From NCBI RefSeq assembly GCF_964355755.1, contig NC_092674.1:9486001-9550000 (forward strand): a stretch of DNA of 64,000 nt, given 5' to 3'. A program made the position numbers and the translations under genes. The DNA is from Antedon mediterranea (lineage: Eukaryota > Animalia > Echinodermata). Below, in pieces: positions 28,446 to 41,342 of this stretch (positions are counted from its first letter, which is position 1; every line of letters begins with the position of its first letter). A model generated the notes under the pieces. The model ran no database searches. It had not been told where the DNA came from and worked only from the letters and a program-made list of their open reading frames with translations.

Positions 28446-28563
28446 GTTTTTATTTTTGTCTCTGCAGGTATTGACCGGCTGCCGTTGAACGTGAGAAAGC
28501 ACATTTCTATTTGCCGCTAAACACCACTCGTCTACAACCTGTCCGTATGTTACCCATACCAAT
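28446..28563 (+). other. Splice acceptor and 5' UTR part of the ANKRD50 coding exon
   Basis: TTTTTATTTTTGTCTCTGCAG ends at 28467; the exon starts at 28468 with an in-frame TGA before ATG 28564, so that ATG is the start. Confidence 0.75.
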
Positions 28564-31500
28564 ATGACTCACTGTATGCTTCAAGGAAAACGCTTCTACT
28601 GTCGGGAATGGGCATTTCAGAAACTATTACACAGTTTGGAGAATCGACAGAACGCTAAAACATGTGGAACGTTAATTGTTGGTGGACCCGGCAGTGGGAA
28701 GACGGCATTTTGTGCCGAAATGGTCTGGCCCACTGCTAGTCATGGAAAGCAAAGAAACCTAAGCCGGAGAGTTGTAGCTTACCATTTTTGCCAATCACAT
28801 GACGTAGAAACTATATCTGTTGGAAAATTTATTCGAGGATTAGTAAACCAAATATCAAGGTGTACAGCAATTCATGGATTTGATGAAAAAATACGAGACC
28901 CGAGTATCCAGGCATTGCTTGAACCTTCTGCTTGTGAACACAACCCGGATGACGCTTTTAAACATGGGATTTTACTACCGTTACGATCGCTCAATCCACC
29001 TCAAAGAAGTTGTTTTATACTTGTTGATTCTGTGGATGAGGGGTTTACAAGAAACGAAGAAGAAAAATCTGGCAGTCGAAACATTGCCGAGCTTCTTTCG
29101 AATCATCACGAGTTCTTTCCACCTTGGTTAAACCTTATTTGTAGTGCGCGTAGACAGAGTAAGTCTGTTACAAGACTTTTCACAGGCTTTAGAAAACTAA
29201 GCCTGGATGACTTACGAAAGTCTCATGTTGTTCGAGACGTTCAACAATATATTCTCTGTCGACTAGATCGTGAGGAATCATTACGTAACCATTTGAGTAG
29301 AGAGACGGCAGAGATGTTGAATCAACTGCATATCAAGAGCAATGGTTGTATAATGTATTTAGAGAAAGTATTGGACGGTGTCGGCGAGGATTTTATACCG
29401 TTGGAAGATATATCCCAGATCCCTGGAACTTTAAATGGTCTGTACCTTTGGCTATGTCAGAGATTATTCGTTAGGAAGCAATTCGCAAAAATACAACCAA
29501 TATTGAACACTCTACTTGTTGCCAAACGCCCAATGAGTGAGGCCGAATTATTCTTGTGTGTCCGGACGCGAAACATGGCTATGACGTTTCCAGATTTTAA
29601 ACAACGGATACATATCATGTCTAGGATTTTAATACGAACTCGTGGTGAACATGTACTGTTGTTTCACCATAGTTTCACGGAATGGTTGGTTGACGTTAAA
29701 CATTGTACACAGAAATATTTATGTAGTTGTGCAGACGGAAATGCCATGTTAGCTTTAAGATATAGTGGAATTGCCAAAGAACTGAACCCATCACAAGTTT
29801 ATGAATTTGCAGAACATATGGTTAAAGCGAACTTTGCTCCCCAAATGAATGAATCTCAACTTGCACTTTGGTTGTTACAGACTGGTGCTCCAGTAGAAGA
29901 TTGCATGGTAACTTCATCTAAAATTATTGATCCAGTCAGTGAACTTTTAATAAAAGCTGGTGCTAAAGTAGTCGGTAAAGAGATTGACCCAGTGACATTC
30001 AGAAACGCTCTACAGCGTACAGAATCAGTGAATGATCTATTGGATGGTGGTGCGTCTGTTAACCAAGTCGACGACAATGGTCGCTCTTTACTTTCCAACG
30101 CGGCGTTCCTAGGCAATATGGATGTTGTAAAAGTGCTTATGAATCGCGGTGCAGATGTTGACGTAGCTGATAAAACTGGGCAAACTGCAATTAGCCTGGC
30201 ATCGCGACAAGGCCATTCAAATATTGTAAATTTGCTTATAAAACATAAAGGAAGTCTTGACCATACAGACCACGAAGGATGGACTCCTTTACGATCAGCA
30301 GCATGGGCTGGCCATACGGATGTAGTTACGGCGTTACTTGATGCTGGTGCAAATGTAGATAGTTGTGATGCTGATAAGCGCACGGCATTACGAGCGGCAG
30401 CATGGGGAGGACATGAAAACATTGTTTTAAACCTACTGGAACATAACGCCAACGTTAATCAAGTAGATAACGAAGGGCGAACCGCTCTTATCGCTGCTGC
30501 TTATATGGGCCATAGTAAAATTGTCCAGCATTTGTTAGATCATGGAGCAGAGATAAATCACCAAGATCGGGATGGTCGCACTGCATTGACTGTTGCAGCC
30601 TTGTGTGTACCGTCTAGCCAAGGACATGCGGATGTTGTAAAGTTATTAATAAAATGTGAAGCTGAAGTTGATCATTGTGATCATGATGGACTAACACCTT
30701 TACTGGTTTCGGCATACGAAGGTTATCACGATGTTGTTGAAATGTTACTGGATGGAGGTGCTGATATTGATCACTGTGATACAAATAACAGAACTCCATT
30801 GATTGCTGCAGCATCAATGGGGCATGTTGAAATTGTAAGAACGCTATTGAAATTTGGAACCGCGGTCGATACTATGGACAATGACGGAAGAACAGTTCTC
30901 TCGATTTCAGCTGCTCAAGGCAGTAGCGACATCGTCAAATTGCTTTTAGAAAGAGGCCTTGATGAAATGCACCGGGACCATTCTGGTTGGACTCCTCTAC
31001 ATATGGCTGCGTTCGAAGGAAACAAGGAGGTTATTGAGATCTTTCTTCAGGAAGGTGCCCAGGTTCACATTGACACAACTGATCGGGATGGTCGAACTCC
31101 GCTTATTCTTGCATCTGAACAAGGTCACTTACCTGTCGTCGTTAGTCTTATACAAAGTGGCGCTGATCCCGATTTAACCGGTCATGACGGGCGTAGTGCC
31201 CTTCGTTCTGCTGCAATGGAAGGGCATAAAGAAGTCGTGGAGTTCCTCATTCATGAATGTTCGAACATCAATTACAAGGATGGGGAAGGTCGAACTACTG
31301 TTTACGTGCTTGCTTTGGATAATAAAGTAACAATGACAGAGGTTTTGCTTAAAAATGGAGCAGATGTAGACCATGCTGATATGGAAGGACGAAGTCCTTT
31401 ACACGTTGCAGCATGGCAGGGACACAGTGAAATGGTAGAGCTATTGCTCATGAACAAATCAAACCCCGACTCTATGGACAATGAAAAGCGTACACCTCTT

Positions 31501-33534
31501 CAATCTGCTGCTTGGCAGGGAAATGTTGAGGTTGTAAAATTGCTATTAAAATATGATGCTACTATTAATCAAACGTGCAATCAAGGAGCTACTGCTCTGT
31601 GTATCAGTGCTCAAGAAGGACATATGGAAGTTGTGGATGCCCTCTTGCAACATGGGGCTGATCCCAACCATGCCGATGAACACGGGCGAACTGCAATGCG
31701 TGTTGCCGTCAAAGGTTGCCATCAAAATGTTATTAAACTTTTAGAAGATTATGGTGTACCAATTATTGATAGTCCCCGTGGCAGCAATTCCAGTAGAAGT
31801 GGTGGTTCTGTTTCATCGAGCGAGCAACGGCACTCTACAGGGCATTTGTCAAATGGGTTACAAGACGGAAGTACTCCGTCAGATTCGCCAGACTCAACGT
31901 TTGACAAAAAGCAATCGTTAACAAATTCTTCAAAAACAAAGTCATCTTCAAATTTAACATCCACATCTTCTACAAATCGATCGTCTGGTAGACATGGAGA
32001 TTTTATGGAACAACAGTTATCACCCGAACACGGTGATATACATGATGTGAATAACCGATGCAAATCACCTAATTCGTCCGGTAAGGTATCGTCTGCAGCT
32101 TCATTCCAAACCATCCCAGAAAATATTTCTTCCGTTGGCTCGCAAAACTACGGCAGCATGCCACATAAAGCAGGAAAGAAGTCTCAACAAAGCTCATCAA
32201 AAAGCCGCAGACGATCACCGTCTCCAAATCAACCAACTCTTCAAACTTCCGTGCCTGTTCAGTCACTTCAGTCCCTAAATTCTATTCCGTATCAGAACGA
32301 ATCGTTAAGGAGAGAACCATCACAAAGTTTTGGCTCCAAACGTCAGTTTCATCAGCAGCACCAGCAACACCAGCAAAAAGTACAACAGCATCAGCAAAAA
32401 CAACAAAAGCAACATCAGCAAAAAATTAACAAAAAACAAAATCATCAAACAATGGAGCCATCACCTAAATCTCACAGAAGACATCTTCCGCGACAACTTT
32501 CGGCACCGTCTTTGCGAGACAGTGGTCACTCTCGCCAAAATAATAACTCTAACTCCGATAAACAAGCGCCTTGTATTACTCATCAACCTCAGCTCCAACC
32601 ACTTGAAGGTATCAGGTGTTTACCGCAGCATGTTACTTCAACATCATCTTTAAGAAGGAACAGTGCGCCACAGAAACCTGTTATACGTGAAGGATCTGCC
32701 ATGGCACAAGCTCTAATGATAGCCGAAGGTTTTCCTCTTCACGCTGAGCTTGCTGCTGCTGAGCAGGCAATGAAGCCTGGTGGATTATCGCAACAATATG
32801 GTTATCAGCACCAGCGTTCCTACCCACATCAACAGCACATGGCCGACAGGCTACATGCCCGTAGCAGGTCTTCTCCCGTGGCTTCTAATAACTACGAAAA
32901 GATAAACCCACAAAGGTCTTCGTCAACAATACGGCAGTGTGCTGAAGAGGACTTATCAGATCAAATGAGCAAGCAACATATTCGACATCACCCGAACCAC
33001 CACCAAATGCAACATTCGCTCATCGAGCATCAGCAACATTGCCACCAGAGGCAGCAGTCACCAAGTCCTCAGCATAATGTACATCCTCAATCTAGGATCT
33101 ATCATGAATTAGATCCTTTGGATTATCAAGATCTTCCACCAATGCAACGTAAAGCTTCACTACCAGCCTCGTTTAACCAGGTCAATGGGTCAAGAGTATT
33201 AAATGGTTCGCCCAGCTCTCCAGACTCCAGTATACGCGGACGTCGGTGCAGAATAAGAACCAATCCCAATTACTCGGTCAAAAACACTTCTCAAAACAAA
33301 TTAAATCTACAATCGACCCCGCCTTTACAAAAACCAAAGAGTATATACGGTAATGGGATAGCGACGTCAAATGGATTTGATTCGAACCATTCTTCACCAA
33401 CTCATGGAGCTTCTTTAACCGGATCATCCGACGGCTCAACTAGTCTTTCTCCGATCGAGATCAAGCATGCCATAAGAATGAGTTTTGAGGGCCCTTGCAC
33501 AGTAAATGGATTTAAAAAGGAAACTCCACTATGA
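28564..33534 (+). CDS. ANKRD50: Ankyrin repeat domain-containing protein 50 orthologue (P-loop/STAND-type NTPase + ~18 ankyrin repeats + low-complexity tail), 1656 aa
   Basis: N-terminus LQGKRFYCREWAFQKL, Walker A GGPGSGKT, Walker B ILVDSVDE, LFHHSFTEWL motif, ankyrin repeats (GWTPLRSAAWAGH, RTALRAAAWGGH, etc.) and C-terminal KKETPL all match my recollection of vertebrate ANKRD50. Confidence 0.93.
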   Translation: MTHCMLQGKRFYCREWAFQKLLHSLENRQNAKTCGTLIVGGPGSGKTAFCAEMVWPTASHGKQRNLSRRVVAYHFCQSHDVETISVGKFIRGLVNQISRCTAIHGFDEKIRDPSIQALLEPSACEHNPDDAFKHGILLPLRSLNPPQRSCFILVDSVDEGFTRNEEEKSGSRNIAELLSNHHEFFPPWLNLICSARRQSKSVTRLFTGFRKLSLDDLRKSHVVRDVQQYILCRLDREESLRNHLSRETAEMLNQLHIKSNGCIMYLEKVLDGVGEDFIPLEDISQIPGTLNGLYLWLCQRLFVRKQFAKIQPILNTLLVAKRPMSEAELFLCVRTRNMAMTFPDFKQRIHIMSRILIRTRGEHVLLFHHSFTEWLVDVKHCTQKYLCSCADGNAMLALRYSGIAKELNPSQVYEFAEHMVKANFAPQMNESQLALWLLQTGAPVEDCMVTSSKIIDPVSELLIKAGAKVVGKEIDPVTFRNALQRTESVNDLLDGGASVNQVDDNGRSLLSNAAFLGNMDVVKVLMNRGADVDVADKTGQTAISLASRQGHSNIVNLLIKHKGSLDHTDHEGWTPLRSAAWAGHTDVVTALLDAGANVDSCDADKRTALRAAAWGGHENIVLNLLEHNANVNQVDNEGRTALIAAAYMGHSKIVQHLLDHGAEINHQDRDGRTALTVAALCVPSSQGHADVVKLLIKCEAEVDHCDHDGLTPLLVSAYEGYHDVVEMLLDGGADIDHCDTNNRTPLIAAASMGHVEIVRTLLKFGTAVDTMDNDGRTVLSISAAQGSSDIVKLLLERGLDEMHRDHSGWTPLHMAAFEGNKEVIEIFLQEGAQVHIDTTDRDGRTPLILASEQGHLPVVVSLIQSGADPDLTGHDGRSALRSAAMEGHKEVVEFLIHECSNINYKDGEGRTTVYVLALDNKVTMTEVLLKNGADVDHADMEGRSPLHVAAWQGHSEMVELLLMNKSNPDSMDNEKRTPLQSAAWQGNVEVVKLLLKYDATINQTCNQGATALCISAQEGHMEVVDALLQHGADPNHADEHGRTAMRVAVKGCHQNVIKLLEDYGVPIIDSPRGSNSSRSGGSVSSSEQRHSTGHLSNGLQDGSTPSDSPDSTFDKKQSLTNSSKTKSSSNLTSTSSTNRSSGRHGDFMEQQLSPEHGDIHDVNNRCKSPNSSGKVSSAASFQTIPENISSVGSQNYGSMPHKAGKKSQQSSSKSRRRSPSPNQPTLQTSVPVQSLQSLNSIPYQNESLRREPSQSFGSKRQFHQQHQQHQQKVQQHQQKQQKQHQQKINKKQNHQTMEPSPKSHRRHLPRQLSAPSLRDSGHSRQNNNSNSDKQAPCITHQPQLQPLEGIRCLPQHVTSTSSLRRNSAPQKPVIREGSAMAQALMIAEGFPLHAELAAAEQAMKPGGLSQQYGYQHQRSYPHQQHMADRLHARSRSSPVASNNYEKINPQRSSSTIRQCAEEDLSDQMSKQHIRHHPNHHQMQHSLIEHQQHCHQRQQSPSPQHNVHPQSRIYHELDPLDYQDLPPMQRKASLPASFNQVNGSRVLNGSPSSPDSSIRGRRCRIRTNPNYSVKNTSQNKLNLQSTPPLQKPKSIYGNGIATSNGFDSNHSSPTHGASLTGSSDGSTSLSPIEIKHAIRMSFEGPCTVNGFKKETPL

Positions 33535-33754
33535 TCCATTTGAAGGTATATATTTATCTTTCTTAATTCAATCTTCAATATTTACTATTTGTATAATGAT
33601 TGCTGTAGGCCTAAACATTTCAGCTTCGTTTATTTAAAAAAATACGTTTTTTATTTTGGTTTTTACTGGGCCGCATTTTTTGTACTATCCAGTCAAATAG
33701 ATAATATTAAAGGGTGTTGAGGTAAGTTCATTCTAGGAAACTGTTTCAGTTTAA

Positions 33755-33760
33755 AATAAA
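33755..33760 (+). terminator. First candidate polyadenylation signal (AATAAA) after the ANKRD50 stop
   Basis: AATAAA ~220 nt after the stop; alternatives at ~34218, ~34549 and 34903; the motif is common in AT-rich DNA. Confidence 0.3.
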
Positions 33761-35404
33761 ATAAAAAATCGGTTTACGTGATACAAAACAATACCTTTAC
33801 TTTAAACTATTTACGCGATTACATAATTATCTTTAAAAAAAAACAAAGGCACTTTCTTAGAAAGTATCACAATAGTGATAAAAGGATTAACCTCGATAGG
33901 AGGATATCCGAAATAACTTTCCATGATTTGGAAACTAATAGACAGAATATATGGTCAAAACTAAGCCTACACATTTTCGATACGAAATGTAATACATTGT
34001 ATTTTACCATACATAGGCCTATATACTTATTTCGTTTATAAACATTTCATCGTTTCATACTTTTCCACAATGCTCAATCTTAAATGTCGATGCAATGTCC
34101 CTTGGCAACTTGTGGATCGTATTGGAAAGAAATTGGAACTGACAACTTTTAGCCACTCGCAAAAGTATTGTTTTTCATACAACAACAATCAAGAGTGTAT
34201 ATTTCGTTCAAAAAAGCAAATAAAAAAATGCATACAAATATTAAATACTCTGTGATAATGTACAGTATAGGCTAATATAAAATTAAAAGATAAAATTTAA
34301 CCATATAGCCGTTGAGGCCTATATTCCGATGAGGTTTTATCCCCGTGAAATTCCAATTAAGGCCTACCGGTATCACAGTTTTTTCGCAATTGATTGAAAA
34401 AAAACCAACTCTAGTCAAATGTTTGTCTAACTATTGTAATGTAGACAACATGTTTACGGTTTGTGAGCATTTATTAAAAAAATGATGACTGGTTAGATGA
34501 CTCACGTTGTAGATACAATTTAAACTCGAGTATAGTTGTTAGTCATAAAATAAATGATTCTGACATCCACCTGTAGGACGGTAACGTAGCCATCTTAACA
34601 TTCTTTAAACGATTATGATAAAGACATCGTGTTGTTAATCCACAATGAAAGAAATTTAAGTGGTTTACCCTTGAGTGTCGATAATAAGTAAAGTAAAAGA
34701 AGAATGATATCAGCTAAGTTAATCGTTTTGTTTAACTATGTTTTGACGTCATTTTAAGGGTGTTTCACGTCCTTTACACTCTCTTGTCGTTGAGAGTCCT
34801 TGTTCAAGTCTATCGCATTGCTTTATAATTGCCAATTAAACATGTTCGTTTTAATCGGCTATGCAACGGCAACTATCGAAGGTGTAATCTTGTTAACAAT
34901 TCAATAAATGATCAGAATATTATGGGGATACAAATATAAATAACACAACAGTTCAGAAAATGTATTTGGCCTGACTGTATAATTTAGAGAAAGAAGGGAA
35001 CTTTGGTCGTATATATTAACACAAACTTACAAACAGAGGTTTTGTACTCGTTTAAAGCTAATTCACACGGCACCGTCTTCTGTTTCTTCAAACGGGAAAA
35101 GTGTGAATCAAGCTTTAGTTAGATACAATCATATTCCTTCGTTTCCAAATTTAATCTTCTACTTACAAAAGTTAAATTACTTTGAGAATATTAATGGGGA
35201 TTTTTTTAAAACATAGGCCTACATTGAAAGGAAAATTGGAAAGTTTAGCATAGGCTATATGTTTATTAACTATTATTTCTCTTTTGATTCAACATTTAAA
35301 CAATCGGTTATTTTACACCCATTCATCCAAGCCCAAATGAGAAGTACTGTCAAACGATTTTAAGATATGTTTTTGTGTTATTTGCCTGTAGGGTTCGGCA
35401 ATAC

Positions 35405-35490
35405 ATGGCTGAACAAGGAGATCTGATCTGGTTAGAAAACTATTCCAAGCAGTCGACAGCTGTTAAAATCCAGCCTAGATACCGCAGACG
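35405..35490 (+). CDS. Candidate coding exon of unidentified downstream gene (MAEQGDLIWLENYSKQSTAVKIQPRYRR)
   Basis: Acceptor TTATTTGCCTGTAG ends at 35391, open frame through 35490, donor ACG|GTAAAT; ends in phase 2. Confidence 0.4.
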
Positions 35491-37133
35491 GTAAATGAAC
35501 ATTGGACTCAAAGTAAACAGACAGCACCCTAGACTCGCCTAGCCTGGCAGGAATGTACAAACTTGATCAGTTACAGGCCTACGCGGTTACCGCCTCATGG
35601 GAGAATATAGGACGGAGTTTGCAGTTTTTGTTGTCTTCGGATTCGGACATTTTACTTAATTTTGTGCAATTTATGTAGACAACTGGATATGCAACATTTG
35701 ATTTACCTTGTTTGTACCGAATTTCTGATTTGTTTTCAAGTGAACTCCGTTAAAAACACGGTAGTAATAGCATACCCACAATAAGTAGTAAATGTTGGGC
35801 AAGACGTTTCTCGCATTTTATTGTATTCCTTATGTTGGAATGATATTACATTTAAGGTGAATGTTATGCTGCAATAACTCTATGAAATGTCTATTTGGAC
35901 ATCGACGGATGAAACTTAAAACCAGAAATACACACAATTTGATATCATTGTTCACAGCGCGTTTAACGACCATATCACACGTCATTTGTAACTTTGATTC
36001 CACTCCACCAAAGCATCGCAGTGTGTTGGAAACCAAGCGATCATTATCCAGTTGCTTTCAGCTCATGGGGAATTCAATATTCGCTGCCCCGAGCACTCGG
36101 CATTAAATTCAACTTATTTCTTCCCCTTCGAACCAGACAATGATACAAAACTAACACCATTTCTAATTTTGTTTTTATATGAAATGTTAGTTAGCCTTAG
36201 ATTTATAACACACTTTGTTTGGAAATCTTTTCTTTTCTTTCAACCATTTGTTTAGTTTTGTTAAGATAGTTCTCTATAGCAATTGAGTCGGACTCATTAT
36301 TTGGCCAGGTGTAAGAAATATTATACCTCAATGCAGTATTCTTTCTAACAGCTCGCCTATAAGAGGCCTAAATAGACAAACGGTTGATCATAGTCGGTAC
36401 TCTGGTACTCAAATTATAGCACAGTTTAATACGTACATTTCAATCTTAAATACCACCGTGCATTTTAAAATTCAAGAAAGTATCGTCTTGTACGACGAAA
36501 ATAAGGTTAAATACTGTACTAATCTTAATGTTTAAGTAACCTCCTACGTATATCATATATACTCAATCACCGCGCATGCGTTATATGGAGCATAACTTAC
36601 GTCACATCAAATATTTAAACATGAATTTTATATAGTTGCGGTAGGAAAGTGTGGTTTTGGTTTGAGATACGAATATAATTAATGTATACTATGAGAAGCA
36701 GTGAAAAGTCCCAAATCTCTCCCCACATTATACTCTAACATTAAATTATTTTGGTTCAGAGAATATGCAAATTTAATAGTTTTCATGAAAAAATCTTGCA
36801 TGTTGAATTTTAATAGTTGTTGCATTCAAGTTTTGCAAGACTCGGAGGATATGGCGCGGAAAACGTCAATAACAGAATCTGCCTACTGGCGACGGAGGAG
36901 GAATTTTAAGGATATGCGATGAGAGATTTTATAAATAGCATTAGTACAGTAGAATGATATACATAATTCACCTGGTTCTTGTATGTCCAGTATTATAGGC
37001 AAATTGTGTAATACAGTGTCCTATATTGTCACATGTTACGCTTGTATGGTTATGGAATATACATTTTAAGATGCTAAATAATATACAGTATATGACATGA
37101 CATATTCACCGGATTATGCAGCTCCACATGGCA

Positions 37134-37281
37134 TGTCCAGTATCATAGGCAACTTCAGTGATACAGTGTCAAATTTGTGTGCCACCTGTATTATGTTAAT
37201 ATTTGGTTATCGCCCATGATACAGGCGTCACATGCGATACATATTTTACACTGTATCAAATAATTTGCCTGATACTGTACA
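37134..37281. repeat. Degenerate inverted repeat (old MITE-like) with an upstream direct copy of one arm
   Basis: TGTCCAGTATCATAGGCAA...GATACAGTGT pairs with ACACTGTATC...TTGCCTGATACTGTACA; similar arm at ~36984-37020. Confidence 0.55.
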
Positions 37282-40200
37282 CAGTATAGATATACAGAAC
37301 ATGATTTTATCTTCAGTGGTATTTAAAATGAATATTTACCTTATGAATAATATGCATTTGTGTTGGGTTACCGGTATGTAATGTTGTTTTATTCATAGTG
37401 ATTGGAATCTAACAATAACTTCGAAACCAGACGATGATATTATTAGTTTTGTTCGATCGGCTAAATGCCAAATAATTAGCTAACAATATTCATTTGTGTT
37501 GGTCAAGTCTTTTATTTCCGTGTATTACTAATTTACAATTTAAAAGGCTTGCTTCAATTTTAAGAATCAAAAATATGTTACACTTACGTACGTAGTTATG
37601 CATTATTTAAATATTTTCATGTTTTATTTATAGACCAAAGTTGTTCTTATCAGGGATACACACATTTCATGATTTATTTTTTTCATGATTTCATGATTTA
37701 CATGTTATTAGTTAAGATAATATGAATATCATTGACATAGGCTAAACTCTGATATACACAGCCTCAGTTACTGATTGGTGGTACGCGAGCGAAGCGTTTG
37801 TGTTCCCGTGGTGGCTTCACGATGTCATGTCCCTGATAACATGTTTAAGCTTACCGTTTCTGTTAATGTCAGTGTCTATTTTCTACTTATGGTGCTGCAG
37901 ATCTATAAACATTCAGTTTCTATTTTAAGTACTGTATCGATCGGCAGGGAGAAGGAAACAACGTCACCACAACGTCACCTAATATATTCAATAATATACA
38001 TAATCCCATTTGAACGACACTTAAATGATCAGTTTATATCTATAATGATAAGTGGTGTATCCTGGAAGTTCGTCGTTAGCACCCTTGGTGGTATAATATT
38101 ATAAGGGGTGCATGTGTACGGTATGGTGTTACTGTGTGAAACCCCAGTACAAAACCTTTACGTTATAATAGTACCGTAACCGTAACAAAAACGTGGTATA
38201 CCTTAAACGAGAATGTGTTCCTTGTGTAAAACATTTGTGCAGAAAAAAAAACTAATTGTTAGTACTAGTAGGTATGGTAAACATATAGATGTTCTGCAGT
38301 TAAATTCGATATGTAACCGAACGCATTCGGTTGTTTAAACAGCTTCGTATGTCGAAGATCCTTTGTTTGAATATGTATAGATTAAGTGGTGTTAGGCTGA
38401 AATCCCCCTCCCCTCCTTCTAAGACATTCCCAATAAGAAAAACGAAATGCTGTCACATCGTCTCAATGTGAACGCGCCTTTGTTTTACATGTTATAATTA
38501 AGTATTAATAGAAGAAGTTAATGTGTTTTCCCATAAGATTCATTATTATTTATTGAGTGTATAACGGAAGAAGTTCGATAAAACAGCCTTAGTGCCAAAA
38601 TTTATCCCTCAGTTAAAAAATAATTGATATGTATACTTTAATTGTGTTTATGACAGATTTTTACATTGTTTTTTACAATATTATGGACGTTTACTGTTTT
38701 ATTATATCCTCTTTTGTTACGTATGGGATGTCATGATTTTTATAAATTTATACCTGTTTTATCTACTTGCATACCTATATTCTTTGGCGTTCCATAGTAA
38801 CAGAGAAAGTAGTTTTCGTGTATATTGGTTGATTGAAATGCACTTTACTTTGAAAGTTTGAAAAAGATATAAATATAAAACAATATTATCGATATTATCG
38901 ATATTATATGTGTGACGAGTGTCGATACATCATGAAGTCTAACTCTATTTTCAGCTTTTGTAAGCCTAATTGTTTAGATTTATTATTTCAAATAAATAAC
39001 TGTTGAATTTGATCACATTTATTGAATTTTAACACGCCTTTTAGTTAAATAGCTAAAATCATGACCTTTAACATTGTGTGACGTAATTCTGATGTCATTT
39101 CCTACTTCACCAATGGCCATAAATAATTACCTGTACTAAAAATAATATATAAACTTGTAATTCATTAACTATAGTAAAATGGGGTGTCTATTTCAGGTGC
39201 TAGACAATAAGACAATATATTTATTATTTAAAAATGTAAATCGTGTAGTAGTTATATTTGTCGACGACGAATACCAAAGTCGTGAGTTTTGGCCCAATTG
39301 AAGAATGTTGGTTAACGCTATCGGATGGGTATTTAATGTGTTCGAACCAAGAAAAGTCTTGCAATGTATAGTACTCTACTGTGTCAAAAATGATTATTTT
39401 TAACAAACTTGTGGTGGGATTGTAGTTACGAAAATGTACAAAACAAAAATAAGCGTAAGGTTAATTAAGGTTCCGTTGAACGTTGTCATGCCAACGATAT
39501 GTTTATCCTTTCAATATGTATTTTTTATTTAATAGGAAAGTTGAGAATTGTTTCTCAAAGTTGAAAGAAAACGAGTGCAAAGAAATAAAAATATCTTTTT
39601 TATTGACGTATGATAGAAAGAAACGAACAATACAGTTTAACTGAAATTATTTTATTTTAAGTTGTATAGAAAAATTACAATTTAAGTTGTATTATTACTT
39701 GTGAATAAGAGCCATAACTAGTTACTGTAATTAAGTTTTAGGTAGACGTATGGGAGAGATAATAAGCTGCAGAAGTTAACATGTTTATATTTATTCGTTC
39801 CTTGAGGCAACATTTTCCCATAGCACCAGTTATCCTTCAACTATCCGATATTATATAAATATAATTAGATTTTGAGTAGACGAGTGATTAAAATGTTAAA
39901 ACATTATCGCCACGTGTGAAATACTTGTTTTACTGATGTTTGTGTTTGAGTGAAGGAAAACATTTTTGTCGTGACTGTCTACTAAATGAGTCAACTTATT
40001 CCGGATTTTACAAAACAAACAACAACACAAATATCGCACACCATTCTCATTATGATTTTACAGTACATGTTTTGGGGAGAAAATCTGAAATATACAGAAG
40101 ACTTGATAACCCAACATCGTTATAGAACCAGAGAGCCATGTGAATTAGGGTGGAGGAGGAACGTGGGAACGGGATCGTCCCCTTCCCCTTCTCCTTCCTT

Positions 40201-41213
40201 CAGTTAGTCGGGAGCCCAGTCGCGAGCCTCGGCTGAGAAATCCAATTTGCCATTCTAGCAGTCTTGTTGAGAAATGATATACACCTCAAATATAACCTTG
40301 CCTTGCTCATATTAAGAGACATATCGGGATCCAACATAGTGTCCCCCTTAATAATGGTGTTGTCGAATAGTTGTAATTGACTGTAGTGTTGTAGTTATGG
40401 GAAAGCTTCCCATTGGAGTCACTTCTGAATAGAGGTGGTGTTCCAAAGAGGGGAACTACTGAATTTCAAAGTGGACACTGTCAAAATGACTAAACTAAAG
40501 TGATCACACATATATATGCCTACATACTTGTAGGTTGGGCTAGACTACTGTATGACTTGTGGTGTACAAAATACAGCTGATTATTTGTATCCAACCCTTT
40601 GTACTGTATTCAAATAGTATACAAACTTTCGTCCTTTGTAGTTTTTCTGCTTGGCTACCAGTATGTATTTCACAACGACGTCATGTCGTGAAGAAGTGTA
40701 ACATTCCTTTAAAAATAGATTTCTGATGTAAACATTGATCAAATTGTTTTCATAGGCGCTAAATATGAGTAACTGATTATGTACCCCAAGATGCCCCAGT
40801 GACAATTATAAGAAGACAACGAAGAGAATACATATAAAAATAATAATGTAAGCTGTAAGCGTGTATTATATTTCATCCGATATTTAATACACAATGTGGA
40901 ATAAGTAGAATAAGAAAAAAAACACCGAAATCTTTGCTTTGTTGTCTTGACAGACAATGATATCGGTTACTTTGTTAAATACTTTTTTTATTTACAAAAA
41001 AAAGCATCTGTTCTGTTAAATTTGATACAGTAGTATATTTATTCTTTAGGCCTAAATGAGTTGTTTAGTGTAGGCCTAGCAAGTCGAAAATAACTGGTTA
41101 CTTTGATTAGAACTAAGCCCAATGACTAGGAAGGGAGACAAATTAACTAGAGACGGGTGATTGATGAACTTTATTGATGGTAGGCCTACCATGGAGGACG
41201 ACAGGTATCTTAA

Positions 41214-41342
41214 CAAACTAGTGTGATGTGCCCAAATATGGTAGAGATATGCCCAAATATGTTAGTGATATGGCATCATCATGTCTATATATGGGCACAT
41301 CACATTTTTTGTCACATACAGTTTGATAGTGTAGACAGAGCT
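41214..41342. mobile_element. MITE family A, copy lacking left TIR
   Basis: GTGTGATGTGCCCAAATATGG...GTCACAT...TTTGATAGTGTAGACAGAGCT-TTA. Confidence 0.8.

Noticed and set aside
29856-30452. 198-aa antisense ORF and other ORFs overlapping ANKRD50
   Set aside because: Shadow frames of the real CDS; no independent motifs.
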